Part shown: positions 43,001-53,900 of the stretch, piece by piece
Position numbering within the stretch: position 1 is the stretch's first letter
Layout: each line of letters begins with the position of its first letter
Source: an uncultured Chloroflexia bacterium
GTDB lineage: Bacteria > Chloroflexota > Anaerolineae > JAAYZQ01
Assembly: GCA_963700285.1 (NCBI GenBank)
Contig: CAVOXA010000010.1
Span: forward strand, 1,248,001-1,312,000
DNA length: 64,000 nt
Direction: 5' to 3'
The notes under the pieces: model-generated
Told to the model about the DNA's origin: nothing
The model's input: only the letters and a program-made list of their open reading frames with translations
The model's database searches: none
Made by a program: the position numbers and the translations under genes

Positions 43001-43040
43001 TTTTGGGCAACTAGGGGTTCAACCCCTGTCATCCGCGCAG
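43001..43040 (+). repeat. degenerate attR-like copy 3 of tRNA-His 3' end
   Basis: TTTTGGGCAACTAGGGGTTCAACCCCTGTCATCCGCGCAG; same upstream motif as copies 1 and 2. Confidence 0.7.
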
Positions 43041-43182
43041 TCTTCGCCATAGGGGTATCTGGCACGTCTAAAGAACGCGGCAGTGGCCGCATCCCAGGCA
43101 GGAGGTTGGCCTCCTTCAGATGCACTCAACTGGCTGGTTCAATACGAATGGAGAGGAACAGGAGGATTCGAGAACGACTGCC

Positions 43183-43332
43183 TCAGACAGCGAAACGCAG
43201 CGTCTCAATGGCATCATAAATGTTGGGCCCAGTCCCAGCCGCTACCTGGCTCGCCAGCAGGAGGAGGAGCACAACCATAATGATGAGCAGGATGCAGTAG
43301 AGCACTGGGTAAAGCGGAATCTGCCGTTCCAT
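43183..43332 (-). CDS. 49-aa single-TM small protein
   Basis: MERQIPLYPVLYCILLIIMVVLLLLLASQVAAG...; purine-rich RBS. Confidence 0.35.
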   Translation of the reverse strand: MERQIPLYPVLYCILLIIMVVLLLLLASQVAAGTGPNIYDAIETLRFAV

Positions 43333-43447
43333 GTCTTCTTTCCTCTCCAGCACAACGGCTCGATATGTTTCCCCCATACAGTAGCACGCAACTGCCTACA
43401 AGCTGCATACAGTGGTGGTGGCATCACAACAGGGAGGTCTAGGGAAG

Positions 43448-44173
43448 ATGCTTAAAGATTTGAGTTCGCAAGTAGTCGCCGCATACGATACCTTAGGTGA
43501 ACGGCATGCGTCCCGGGCACTGGACAGCGTCTACAATGACTATTACGAGCGCCCAGTCGTGTATTCTCTTCTGGGCGATGTCACGGGTCGGCGGGTCCTG
43601 GATGCAGGATGTGGACCTGGGAGCTACGCTCAATGGCTAGTTGAACAGGGTGCAACGGTCTTGGCCCTCGATGCCAGTCCCAAGATGCTAGAGCTAGCCG
43701 AGCAAAGACTACTGGGGATAGCAAAGGTTTTGCAAGTGGATTTGAACCAACCGTTGGACTTTCTCGATCCAGGCAGCTTTGACGTGATCTTGTGCGCCCT
43801 GACCCTCGATTACATTCGAGACTGGCACAGACTGTTTGGTGACTTCCACCGAATCTTGGTCGATGGCGGAATGCTGGTGTTTTCGGTACATCACCCCTTC
43901 TTTCTTGATCTAAAGCTAGACGCGAATGTTGGGGAGAACTACTTCTCAATCCAACAAGTACAAGAGGATTGGCTGGCGTTTGGACTAGAGATACCCGCCT
44001 ATCGACGCCCGCTCGGAGCGATGAGCTCGGCGCTGTGCGACTCAGGGTTTGTGATAGAGCGAATCGTGGAGCCGCAACCTATTGAGGCATGCAGAGACGT
44101 CTATCCCAAGCATTACGAGCAGTTGTCGAAACATCCTGTTTTTCTGTGCGTCAGCGCAAAGAAGAGGACCTGA
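43448..44173 (+). CDS. class I SAM-dependent methyltransferase
   Basis: RVLDAGCGPG, LALDASPKML, GGMLVFSVHHP. Confidence 0.9.
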   Translation: MLKDLSSQVVAAYDTLGERHASRALDSVYNDYYERPVVYSLLGDVTGRRVLDAGCGPGSYAQWLVEQGATVLALDASPKMLELAEQRLLGIAKVLQVDLNQPLDFLDPGSFDVILCALTLDYIRDWHRLFGDFHRILVDGGMLVFSVHHPFFLDLKLDANVGENYFSIQQVQEDWLAFGLEIPAYRRPLGAMSSALCDSGFVIERIVEPQPIEACRDVYPKHYEQLSKHPVFLCVSAKKRT

Positions 44174-44311
44174 GGGTACCAACTATCCGTCAACTTGGCG
44201 CAATTGCCTCCAAAGCTGTGCGGATCGTCCTGGACCATTATTCTGGGCAGGCGACTATCTACGGGTGTACCTCCCCTGTCGCCCCTTGAACACTCACCTG
44301 AGGCGGGCTAG

Positions 44312-44884
44312 CTACGCTCTTGGGCACGTTGTATGACGCTGTACTGGTCCCCCTGCTCCGATCACCCCAAACACCTCATCCGCCGTCTCCAGCAGCCAGT
44401 CAACATCCTCCTCCGTATGCGCTGCGCACAGGAACCAGTTGTGGTGCGGGTGCAGGAAAACCCCGCGGGCGATCATCTCCTGGCAGAAGCCACGCATCCA
44501 GGCCAGGTCCTCGTCCCCGGCAATCCTCAGGTACGGCAGCGCCGGCGGCCCGGAGACGGCGACCTGGAAGCCGTTCCCCGCCGCCACCGCCTCCAACCCC
44601 ACCTTCAGCCGGGCGCCCAGGCGGGCCAGGTGCTCAACGGCGCCTGTCTCCTCCAGCACCCGCAGCGTGGCCAGCGCCGCGGCCGTCGGCGCCGGCGCGA
44701 ACCAGAAGGTGCCCGAGATAAAGACCGCCTCGGCGGCCGGGCTGCCGGCAGTCCTGGGGCGGCATGGACCGGGTGGTAGTGGGGCGCAGCGATGAGCGCC
44801 GCGATCTGGCCCGGGTGCTGGGCTGACAGCGCCTCCGCCTCGTCCAGCCGGTTCCAGCCCACAGATCCCGCTCGCGCTGGCCAC
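44312..44884 (-). pseudogene. C-terminal remnant of class-III aminotransferase (GSA aminomutase-like)
   Basis: FISGTFW, RGVFLHPHHNWFLCAAHTEEDVD; 5' part missing and internal deletion. Confidence 0.7.
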
Positions 44885-45133
44885 ATAGAGCAGCCAGGGC
44901 CAGCAGCACGTGTTGGTCGACCGGCAGGCTGGCCAGGTGGCCGGTCAGCTCTTGGCAGGTTGCGCAAAGCACGACCTACCGAGCAACTCGGGGCAGCTAC
45001 GGACCGTGGCAAAACGCCGAAACTGGAAACGATAGCAGTGCCAGACCACCTGAGTTTGCGCAAATGGATCATCTGATGTACCATTTGCAGGTGAACACTG
45101 AACGGCCCACGAGATGTGCGCAGGGGAGGCGCT

Positions 45134-48100
45134 ATGACTCGAGCGGGAACAGCTAGAACAAGCCATCGCCCAGTTGGAGGCACAACGTGCCACCTTGGGC
45201 GATGGTGTTGTCGATGCATCAATTGCTGCCTTGCACGCAAAGCTCGCTGCCCTGGAACCGCTGCCCTCCCGAACAGCGCAAGCAGGCCACCATTCTCTTT
45301 GCCGATGTCTCGGGCTTTACGGCCATGTCCGAGACACTGGACGCCGAGGAAGTGAGCGATGTGATGAACGCACTCTGGCAGCGATGGGATGCGGCCATCG
45401 TCGAGCACGGCGGCGTGATCGACAAGCACATGGGAGACGGCGTGATGGCAGTGTGGGGGGCGTGGAGGCCCGCGAGAATGACCCCGAACTGGCCATCCGC
45501 GCCGCGCTTGCCATGCAGTCGGAACTGGCGGCCTTTTGCGCTGAGTGGCAGGTAGATCTGGCCATACGAGTCGGGCTCAACACCGGCCCGGTGCTGCTGG
45601 GGGATGTGGGCACCACGGGCGAGCTCTCCGCCATCGGCGACGCGGTCAACCTGGCCAGCCGGTTGGAAGCGGCAGCCCCTACCGGCGGCGTGCTGATCTC
45701 CCACGACACCTACCGCCACGTGCGCGGGGTGTTCGACGTGCTGGAGCAAGAGCCGCTCCAAGTCAAGGGCAAGGCCAGGCCGGTGCATACCTACCTCGTC
45801 CAGCAAGCCAAGCCGCGTGCCTTCCGCATGTTGACGCGAGGTGTGGCGGGCATCGAGACGCGCATGGTCGGTCGCGACGCAGAACTGCTTATGCTGCAAA
45901 ACATGTTCCGCGACGCGACTGAGGATGCCGAGGTCCAGGTCGTGACCGTCGTGGGTGACGCCGGGGTGGGCAAGAGCCGGCTGTTGTACGAGTTCGAAAA
46001 GTGGATCGAACTGCTGCCGGAGGGAATTCTGGTATTTCAAGGGGCGTGCCACGCCAGAGACGGAGGCGATGCCCTACGGCCTCATCCGCCGCATGTTCGC
46101 CCACCGTTTCGAGATCCTGGAGAGCGACAGCGCGGCGGAGGTACGGGAAAAGTTTCGCGCCGGGATGGCTGCTGCCCTCAATTCTGACCAGGCGGACCTG
46201 GTCGGGCAGCTGCTCGGTCTTGATTTCTCCGCCAGCCAGGCGGTCCAGGCCCAGTTGGGCAGCGAGTCTTTCGGGGAACTGGCAACAGCCCATCTGACCG
46301 AGTATCTGCAGGCCATAGCCAGCGAACCAACAGTGATCTTTTTAGAGGATATCCACTGGGCAGATGACAGCTCCCTCGACCTGCTCGACTACCTGGTGGC
46401 GGCGGTCCCCGACACGCGGCTGCTGGTGGTCTGTCTGGCACGCCCACCGCTGTTTGAGCGCCGTCCCAGTTGGGGCGAGGGACAGGAGATCCACACCCAG
46501 ATCAATCTCAAACCCCTCTCGCGGCGGGCCAGCCGGGCTCTGGTGGGGGAGATCCTGCAAAAAGCGGGGGGCGTCCCCAGTGAACTGCGCGATTTGATCG
46601 TTGAGGGGGCCGAAGGCAACCCATTCTACGTCGAAGAGCTGATCAAGATGTTGATTGAGGACGGCGTGATCGTGCTCGGGGAGGATCACTGGCAGGTCGA
46701 GTTGGAGCGGCTGGCAGGAGGTGCACGTGCCGCCGACGCTGACCGGGGTACTCCAGGCCCGGTTGGACAGCCTGCCACCCGAGGAAAAAATGCTTCTGCA
46801 ACGAGCCTCGGTGGTGGGACGGCTGTTCTGGGACACGGCGGTGGTTGAATTGGAGGCCAAGGAGGGAAGCGAACTCGACGAGGAGGAGATTGCCTCGCTT
46901 CTGGAGGCTGTACGTGACCGGGAGTTGATCTTTCGGCGGGAGCGTTCTGCCTTTGCAGGGGCGGAAGAGTACATCTTTAAGCATGCTTTGCTGCGGGATG
47001 TGACCTACGAGACGGTGCTGCTAAAGCTGCGCCGGGTGTACCACGGACAGGTAGCACGCTGGCTAGAGGTTGCTGCCGGGAAGCGGATCGGGGAATACCT
47101 GGGGCTGATCGCCGGGCATTACGAGCTGGCAGGAGAGGGGGAAAAGGCGGTAGAGTACCTGCTGCACGCCGGCGACCAGGCCCGTCTGGCCTATGCCTGC
47201 CAGGAGGCGAGCGGCTACTACCACCGGGCGCTTCCATTGCTTGAGGAACAAGGAAAGCCGGACCAGGCGGCGCGGACGTTGATGAAACTGGGCTTGACCT
47301 ATGATCTGTCCTTTGACTTCCAGGAGTCACGCCAGGCTTACGAGCAGGGCTTTGCCCTGTGGCAGCAGGCGGGGGATGCACAGTGGGAAGAGCTGCCGCC
47401 TGCGCCTCATCCCTTGCGGCTCAGTACGACCAATCCAACGACCCTGGACCCAACGATGGCCGAGGACTCGAGATCGAGCACACAAGATCTCAGAACTCTT
47501 TAGCGGGCTGGTGGAGCAGAGGCTAGACCTGGAGGTCGTGCCCGACGTGGCCCAGAGCTGGGAGGTTCTGGAAGGCGGGAAAAAGTACCTCTTTCATCTG
47601 CGGGAGGACGTGCTCTGGAGCGACGGCAGGCCGGTTACGGCCGGGGACTTTGAGTATGCCTGGAAACGTGTGCTGGACCCAGCCCTTGGTATGCCCCTCG
47701 CCAGCCTGCTGGATGACATCAAGGGAGCCAGAGCTTTTCGTCAGGGCAAGGTGTCTGACCCAGACAGTGTGGGGGTAAAGGCACTGGACGAGGTCACCCT
47801 GGCTGTCGATCTGGAAGGTCCGACAGGCTATTTCCTCCACCTGTTGGCCAATACCCTAGCTTTCCCAGTACCCCGGCACGTGGTGGAGCTGCACGGCGAG
47901 GCCTGGGCAGAGCCGGAGAACATTGTCACCTGTGGCCCCTTTAGACTGGAGGCCTGGCAGCCGGGAGAGCGAATGACCCTGGCGCGCAACCCCGACTACC
48001 CCGGCCGGTTCAGGGGTAACCTGGAGCGTGTCGAGTTGCTCCTAACTGATCTTGAACCGGCTGCCAGCTTGGAGATGTACGAGGGGGATCGGTTGGATGT

Positions 48101-48911
48101 GATGGACGTCACGGCATTTGAAGTGGACCGTATGCGACAGAGGTATGCCGGAGAATACCGCCGGTTCCCGCACCTCGTGACCGCGTACCTGCAATTCGAT
48201 ATCAGCCGTCCACCCTTTGACGACGTTCGAGTGCGGCGGGCTTTTGTTCTGGCCACAGATAGGGAGGCCCTGGTCAAGACCACCAGACCCGACTGCTTTC
48301 CTGCCACGGGGGGGTTTGTGCCGCCGGGCATGCCAGGCCACTTGCCGGGAATCGGCCTGCCGTACGATCCCCGGCAGGCGCGTCAACTCCTGACCGAAGC
48401 TGGCTACCCTGGTGGCCAGGGCTTCCCAATTGTGGAGTGTTGTGCACGCACCGATCAGGTTGACCTGGGAGAGAACCTGCAAGCCCAATGGCAGGAGAAT
48501 CTGGGGGTCAGGATCAAGTGGGAGACAGTAGAGTGGCAGGCGATCCTTGCCCGACTGGGTGAGCACGTGCCGCATCTCCTTATCATGGGCTGGATGGCCG
48601 ACTATCCCGATCCAGACAACTTTTTGAGGGCGCGAATCGATCATATACAGCAGCAAAGTGGCTGGCGGAATGAGTGCTACGATAGCCTGGTAAAGCAAGC
48701 CCAGCGCAGCCTGGACCAGGGGGAGAGGATCAACTTGTATGGGGAAGCGGAGCAAATCCTGGTGGAGGAAGCGCCGATCATGCCCATCTTCCACAGGTCA
48801 GTTCGACTGCTGGTAAAACCCTGGGTTACGAGGTTTCCCACGACGGGACTGAGAGAGTGGTTCTTGAAGGATGTCATCATCAAGCCACACTACCCTCCAG
48901 ATCCAGCCTGA
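45134..48911 (+). CDS. class III adenylate/guanylate cyclase + AAA/STAND ATPase + TPR + family-5 ABC substrate-binding domain fusion (frameshifted)
   Basis: ILFADVSGFT, DKHMGDGVM, GDAVNLASRLE; GDAGVGKSRL, FLEDIHWAD, EGNPFYVEE; FKHALLRDVTY; WSDGRPVTAGDF, GPFRL, GWMADYPDPDNFL. Confidence 0.85.
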
Positions 48912-50187
48912 TAGGATGAGGATTCGCCTCGAAGAGTGGCAGGCATACCGTTAACGTAGAGCCTCGGTTCTCCTCGCTGACCAGTTCCAATTCGCCGTCG
49001 AACCGTTCCACAAGCTCTTTTACCCCGGCGAGACCTACCCCTGTGCCTGGGATCTGACTGCGACGGGCGTTGGAAGCGCGGTAGAACTCGGTAAAGATCC
49101 GGTTCAACTCCGCCTCTGGAATACCCATGCCTGTGTCTTTGACCTTCAAGACGACCCAAGATCCTTGTTTGTGCAACAGGACTTGGATGCTTCCAGCGGG
49201 CGTATACTTGATCGCGTTGGAGACGAGGTTGGACAGGATGAGGTGATAGGCTTGCAGATCAATGCGTACGAGCACGGGGGATGCCGGCAGGTCGAGGCTC
49301 AGGGACAATCCCTTCGCTGTCGCCTCGTCTAGGTAGGCTTCGCAGTCGGTTCTGGTTTTGATGACGAGATCATACACATCGATATCACCCAAGGGGCGTC
49401 CCGCTTTGATCTGCGACAAGCGTAGAATATCGTCCACCAGGGTGAGCAACTCATCCATCCGAGCCTCAATCCTGCCGAGCACCGAATTGAGTTTTTCGTC
49501 CTCCCGATTCACATACCGCAGCGCGGCCGCCAGCGATTTTGAGGCACCAACCGGTGCTCTGAGTTCATGCACAAGAATGCGCATGAACTCGGCTTTCTCC
49601 TTCTCCAGGTACTTGAGGGTGGACAGTTCATCGTGCAGCTTGGCGTGATAGAGGGCGTAGGCTACAAAATGGGAGACACTCTTCAGAGGGAGGAGATCGG
49701 CTTCACAAAAAGGGCGCTGTCTGCAGTTGATGACCTGGACCACCCCCATGAGCTCGCCCTTGAAGGTCGCGGGGGCACACATCACGTCCCGGGTGCGGTA
49801 CTGGTTCATTTCGTCCCAGGAACGATCGAATCGAAGGTTGGGGTCTATGGAGCTGAGATTGCCATAGGCGTCGGGAATAACGAACGAGCGGCCAGTTAAG
49901 GCACAGTACCCGGCCAGAGAATCCTCGCGTATGGGGACGCGAATGGTACGAGAGACATTGCCGATGATGGCTGCCGACACGAGTTCCTGGGTGTCTGGAC
50001 GCACCAGGTAGGTTGTGGCGCGCTCTGCCTCGAGGACCTGACGCACAACCTGGGTTGTGTGGTGGAGCACCCGGACGACATCGACCTCGCCCAGCATCTG
50101 ATCGTACAGTTCAAACAGTTGCCCATGTACAACCAGTCTGTGAAGGTCGAGTTCGTTTTCTGGTGTAGCAGCAGGTTTTCCCACCAT
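48880..50187 (-). CDS. GAF-domain sensor histidine kinase
   Basis: GAF (DAY..RFD..WD..YRTRDVMC), HELRAP, NLVSNAIKY, DTGMGI, GTGVGL. Confidence 0.92.
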   Translation of the reverse strand: MVGKPAATPENELDLHRLVVHGQLFELYDQMLGEVDVVRVLHHTTQVVRQVLEAERATTYLVRPDTQELVSAAIIGNVSRTIRVPIREDSLAGYCALTGRSFVIPDAYGNLSSIDPNLRFDRSWDEMNQYRTRDVMCAPATFKGELMGVVQVINCRQRPFCEADLLPLKSVSHFVAYALYHAKLHDELSTLKYLEKEKAEFMRILVHELRAPVGASKSLAAALRYVNREDEKLNSVLGRIEARMDELLTLVDDILRLSQIKAGRPLGDIDVYDLVIKTRTDCEAYLDEATAKGLSLSLDLPASPVLVRIDLQAYHLILSNLVSNAIKYTPAGSIQVLLHKQGSWVVLKVKDTGMGIPEAELNRIFTEFYRASNARRSQIPGTGVGLAGVKELVERFDGELELVSEENRGSTLTVCLPLFEANPHPIRLDLEGSVA

Positions 50188-50296
50188 ATCGATTCCTGTA
50201 AGAACCCCGGAGTTTTCTTCTCTGACCTCTGTTATGATACCATATGTGGGTGGGGAGCGCAAAGAGGGAGGAGGACAGATAGTACAACGACCTGGG

Positions 50297-50605
50297 CTAT
50301 CTGGCGGCCCTGGCGACGAATATGTCCACCTTGAACAGGGTGTCCAGATGGATCAGGTTGAAGGAGCCATGCTGGCGGATGGCGTCGCGCATCGTCTCTG
50401 TATCCGCGTAGAATGCCTCGCCCAAAGCCCGGGCAAAAGGCTCGGCTTGTTCGGGGCGTAGGCCGGCCACCAGGTCGGCATCCATCGTGGCCCGCATCAC
50501 GCCGTGCAGTGCGCTGGCGAAAGAACCACCGATGGCATAGACTACACCAAGGGTCTCAAGGGCATCGGCCACGAGCATTGTCACCGCGATCTGTTCGGTC
50601 AGCAT
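50297..50605 (-). pseudogene. truncated nucleotidyltransferase (MNT-like toxin)
   Basis: YAIGGSFASALHGVMRATMDADLV, KVDIF then premature end. Confidence 0.65.
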
Positions 50606-50722
50606 CAACCTTCTCCCGGTGGCGGGCCATAAGCGCGGCCTGCTAGCTCTGGTCCCAACAGTAGGTCGGCCAGGCGGCGGCGTTGAGCAGGTGTGTCGCC
50701 GGGATGGCGCTGTCGCAGATGC
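50605..50722 (-). pseudogene. C-terminal remnant of the small partner (antitoxin-like) gene
   Basis: LRQRHPGDTPAQRRRLADLLLGPELAGRAYGP...* directly abutting the nucleotidyltransferase start. Confidence 0.5.
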
Positions 50723-50993
50723 GGACAGGCTGTTTCCGGCGGAAACTAGCGGGCATACCGCCCGACCCTTCGCACTTTGAGATTGGCAAGCACCAACAGA
50801 GTAGATTGCATCCGGTCCAGATCTATGGTATCATTCTGCCAGGCACGACATCGCCATCGCCAACGCCGGCGGCCAACCTCCGACACCATCGGGTAGCAGC
50901 CTGCGTGCGCGCGTGGTCCCGATGACCGCCTGCCTGGAGCCAGGTCAGCCCGTGTGATCGGGCCCCAAGATCTGAGGGGTAGGAGGAGCAAAG

Positions 50994-53900
50994 ATGAAGA
51001 AAGCCTTGGTCACGTTCGTTCTAGGACTGGCGTTGTTGGTTGCTGCCTGTGGTGGGGCCGAGCCCACCGAACCCCCGGCACCCACGCCCGTCGCAGCCGC
51101 GACCCTGATCCCTGCTACCACCGAGGCCCTGCCGTCCGATACGGGCCAGGTCACCGGCCTCCAGGACGTCCGATCAGCCACCATCCGCATCCAGGCCGAC
51201 GGCAGCTTCTACGACCCGGATGGCAACGAGTACAGCAGCAAGAGCAACGGCTCGGGCTTTATCATCGACCCCGAGGGCATTGCCGTCACCAACAATCACG
51301 TCGTCGAGGGCGCGGCCATCCTGCATGTCTGGGTCGGCGGCGAAAGCGAGAGCCGCAATGCCCGCATCGTGGGCGTATCGGAATGCGCCGACCTGGCTGT
51401 CATCGACATCGAGGGCGATGGCTATCCCTACCTGACCTGGTACGAGGGCGAGATCAGCCCCGGCCTGGCGGTTTATGCGGCTGGCTACCCCCACGGCGAG
51501 CCCGAATACACGCTGACCCAGGGCATTGTCACCAGAGCCCAAGCTGACGGCGAAAGCGACTGGGCCTCGGTCGACAGTGTCCTGCAGCACCAGGCGCCCA
51601 TTGCGCCCGGCTCCTCCGGCGGCCCGCTGATCACCGAGGAGGGCCAGGTCGTGGCCGTGAACTATGCCTCCGGCGAGGATGCCCTCGAGTTTCTGGCCAT
51701 CACCGGTCCCCAGGCGCTGCCCATCATCGAGCGGCTTCGGGCCGACGAGGACGTTGACTCCATCGGCATCAACCCCCAGGCCGTCACCTTTGAGGATGGT
51801 CTGAACGGCATCTGGGTGACGTCGGTCCGGTCCGGATCGCCGGCTGACAAGACGGGCCTCAAGGCCGGCGACATGATCACCGAGATGGCCGGCATGACGT
51901 TTTTGACCGACGAGACGCCGGACGAGTACACCATGGCCGACTATTGCGACATCCTGCGCACCCACGGCCCGGAAGCCACCATCGACATCAAGGTTGTGCG
52001 TTTCGACACTGAAGAAGTCCTGGAGGGCCAGATCAACGGCCGGCCGCTGGAGGCTGCTTTCTCCTTTGCCGACGCCGGCGAGGACGATGTGGCCGACGCG
52101 GGCGAAAGCTACAGCGACTATGTGCTGTTGAAGGACGACACCGGCGCTATCCAGCTCGAGGTGCCTGCCGAATGGAACGACGTCGACGGCAGACTGTTGA
52201 CCAGGGATGACGGGACACCGCTTGCCGCTTCCATCATCGCCGCGCCCGACCTGGATGCCTATTGGGACTTTCAGGCGCCCGGCATCGAATTCTCTTCCCA
52301 GCCGATCATCCCCGGGAAGCTGACCATCGACCAAGCACTGGAGATTTTTGACTATGGCGATGATTGCGAATATGTGGGCCGCGAGCCCTACAGCGACCCA
52401 CTCTACGAGGGCGCCTATGACCACTATACCAACTGTTCGGGAACCAGCAGCGCGCTCTTTGTCGTCGCCACCTTCCCCGAGGACGAGACCTTTGTCAACA
52501 TTATCGTCATCAAGGCCCTGACCGACGCCGACCTGGACGCGGCCGATTACGCGCTGGCCACGTTCTCGGTCGTCGGCGACCTGCCAGAGCTGGGGCAGGG
52601 CACTGACGGCGACCAGCCTTCCGATGGGTCGCTTGTCTTTACCGTCGGTAACCGGACGCCAGCAGCCGTCTGCTCCATCCACATGGTACCATCCGACGCT
52701 GACGGTTGGGGTGAGAACTGGCTCGGATCCGGCCGGTTAGAGTCGGGCGCCTATTGGTCCCAGGCGGTGGAAGGCGGCACAACCTACGATCTGCTCGTCA
52801 AGGATTGCAGCGACGCCGTACTGGGGGTGCGGTGGAAGATGGACAAGAACATGGTCGTGAATTTCGGCGCGACCAACGAGTCCGTGAACCTGCTCTTCCA
52901 GAACCAGACGGATGTGGAGGTCTGCGAACTCTATGTCTCCCCCTCGGACTCGGAAGACTGGGGCGACGACCTGCTGGGTCAGCCAGACACGGTCGTTACC
53001 CCGGACAAAGCATGGCGCTTCTGGTTGCCGCCAGGCACCTATGACCTGCTGGTCCGCGATTGCCAGGGGCAGGACCTGGAACAGGTCAATGAAGTGGACC
53101 TGACGCAGAACCGGACCTGGACGCTGGGCGGCGGCGGGCAGGAGGGGGACCAGGGCAACGGAGACAAGTTCACCATTACGGTCCACAATCTGTCGCCGCT
53201 GCCCATATGCAGCGTCGCTATCGTTTCGGCCGGGAGTTCCGAGGGGGGCGACAACTGGCTGGGCTCCGCGACCCTGGGGACCGGCCAGAGCAAAGAGTTT
53301 GCCGTCGATGCTGGTTCCTATGACGTCTGGGCCGAGGACTGTAGCAATGCCTATCTGGGTGTGCTGTGGGCGGTGGACCAGCCTGAGGTGCTGACCATCG
53401 GTGGCTCCGGCCGGACCTCGAACCTGTTCGTGCAGAACAATTTGGAGGCCGACGTCTGCGAGATCAAGATCTCGCCGGTCGATGCAGAGGACTGGGGTGA
53501 CGACTGGCTGCAGGAGGAGGGCGCGACGATCAGAACGGGAAGAATCTGGCGCTTCTGGGTGGAGCCGGGCATCTATGATATCCTGGCCCGCGATTGCGAC
53601 GGCGAGGACCTGGAGCGAGTCGACGACGTGGACCTGAACGAGAACCGGTCCTGGACGCTGGGCGAGGAGACCCAGGAAGGAGACCAAAACCTGGGTGCTG
53701 ACCTCTATATCTGGGTCAATAACGATACGCCCCAGCCCATATGCAGCGTCACCATCGCTCCGACCGGTAGCAAAGAGTGGGGCGACAACCTGCTGCAGTC
53801 CGAGCCCCTGAAGGCCGGCGAGGCCACTCCCTTTGGCGTCGATGCCGGCACCTATGACGTCGCTGCCCGGGATTGCGACAGTGCCTTTTTGGGCACGCTG

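Larger units (their letters stand above)
31023..43040. mobile_element. putative older cassette/island 3 at tRNA-His (about 12 kb, no integrase seen)
   Basis: Ends at degenerate att copy 3. Confidence 0.45.

Noticed and set aside
12309-43040. Prophage or conjugative element explaining the att repeats
   Set aside because: No integrase, capsid, terminase, relaxase or T4SS genes are recognisable in any segment.
43183-43332. Flp pilin identity for the small TM ORF
   Set aside because: It lacks the G/xxxxEY prepilin cleavage motif and there are no tad genes nearby.
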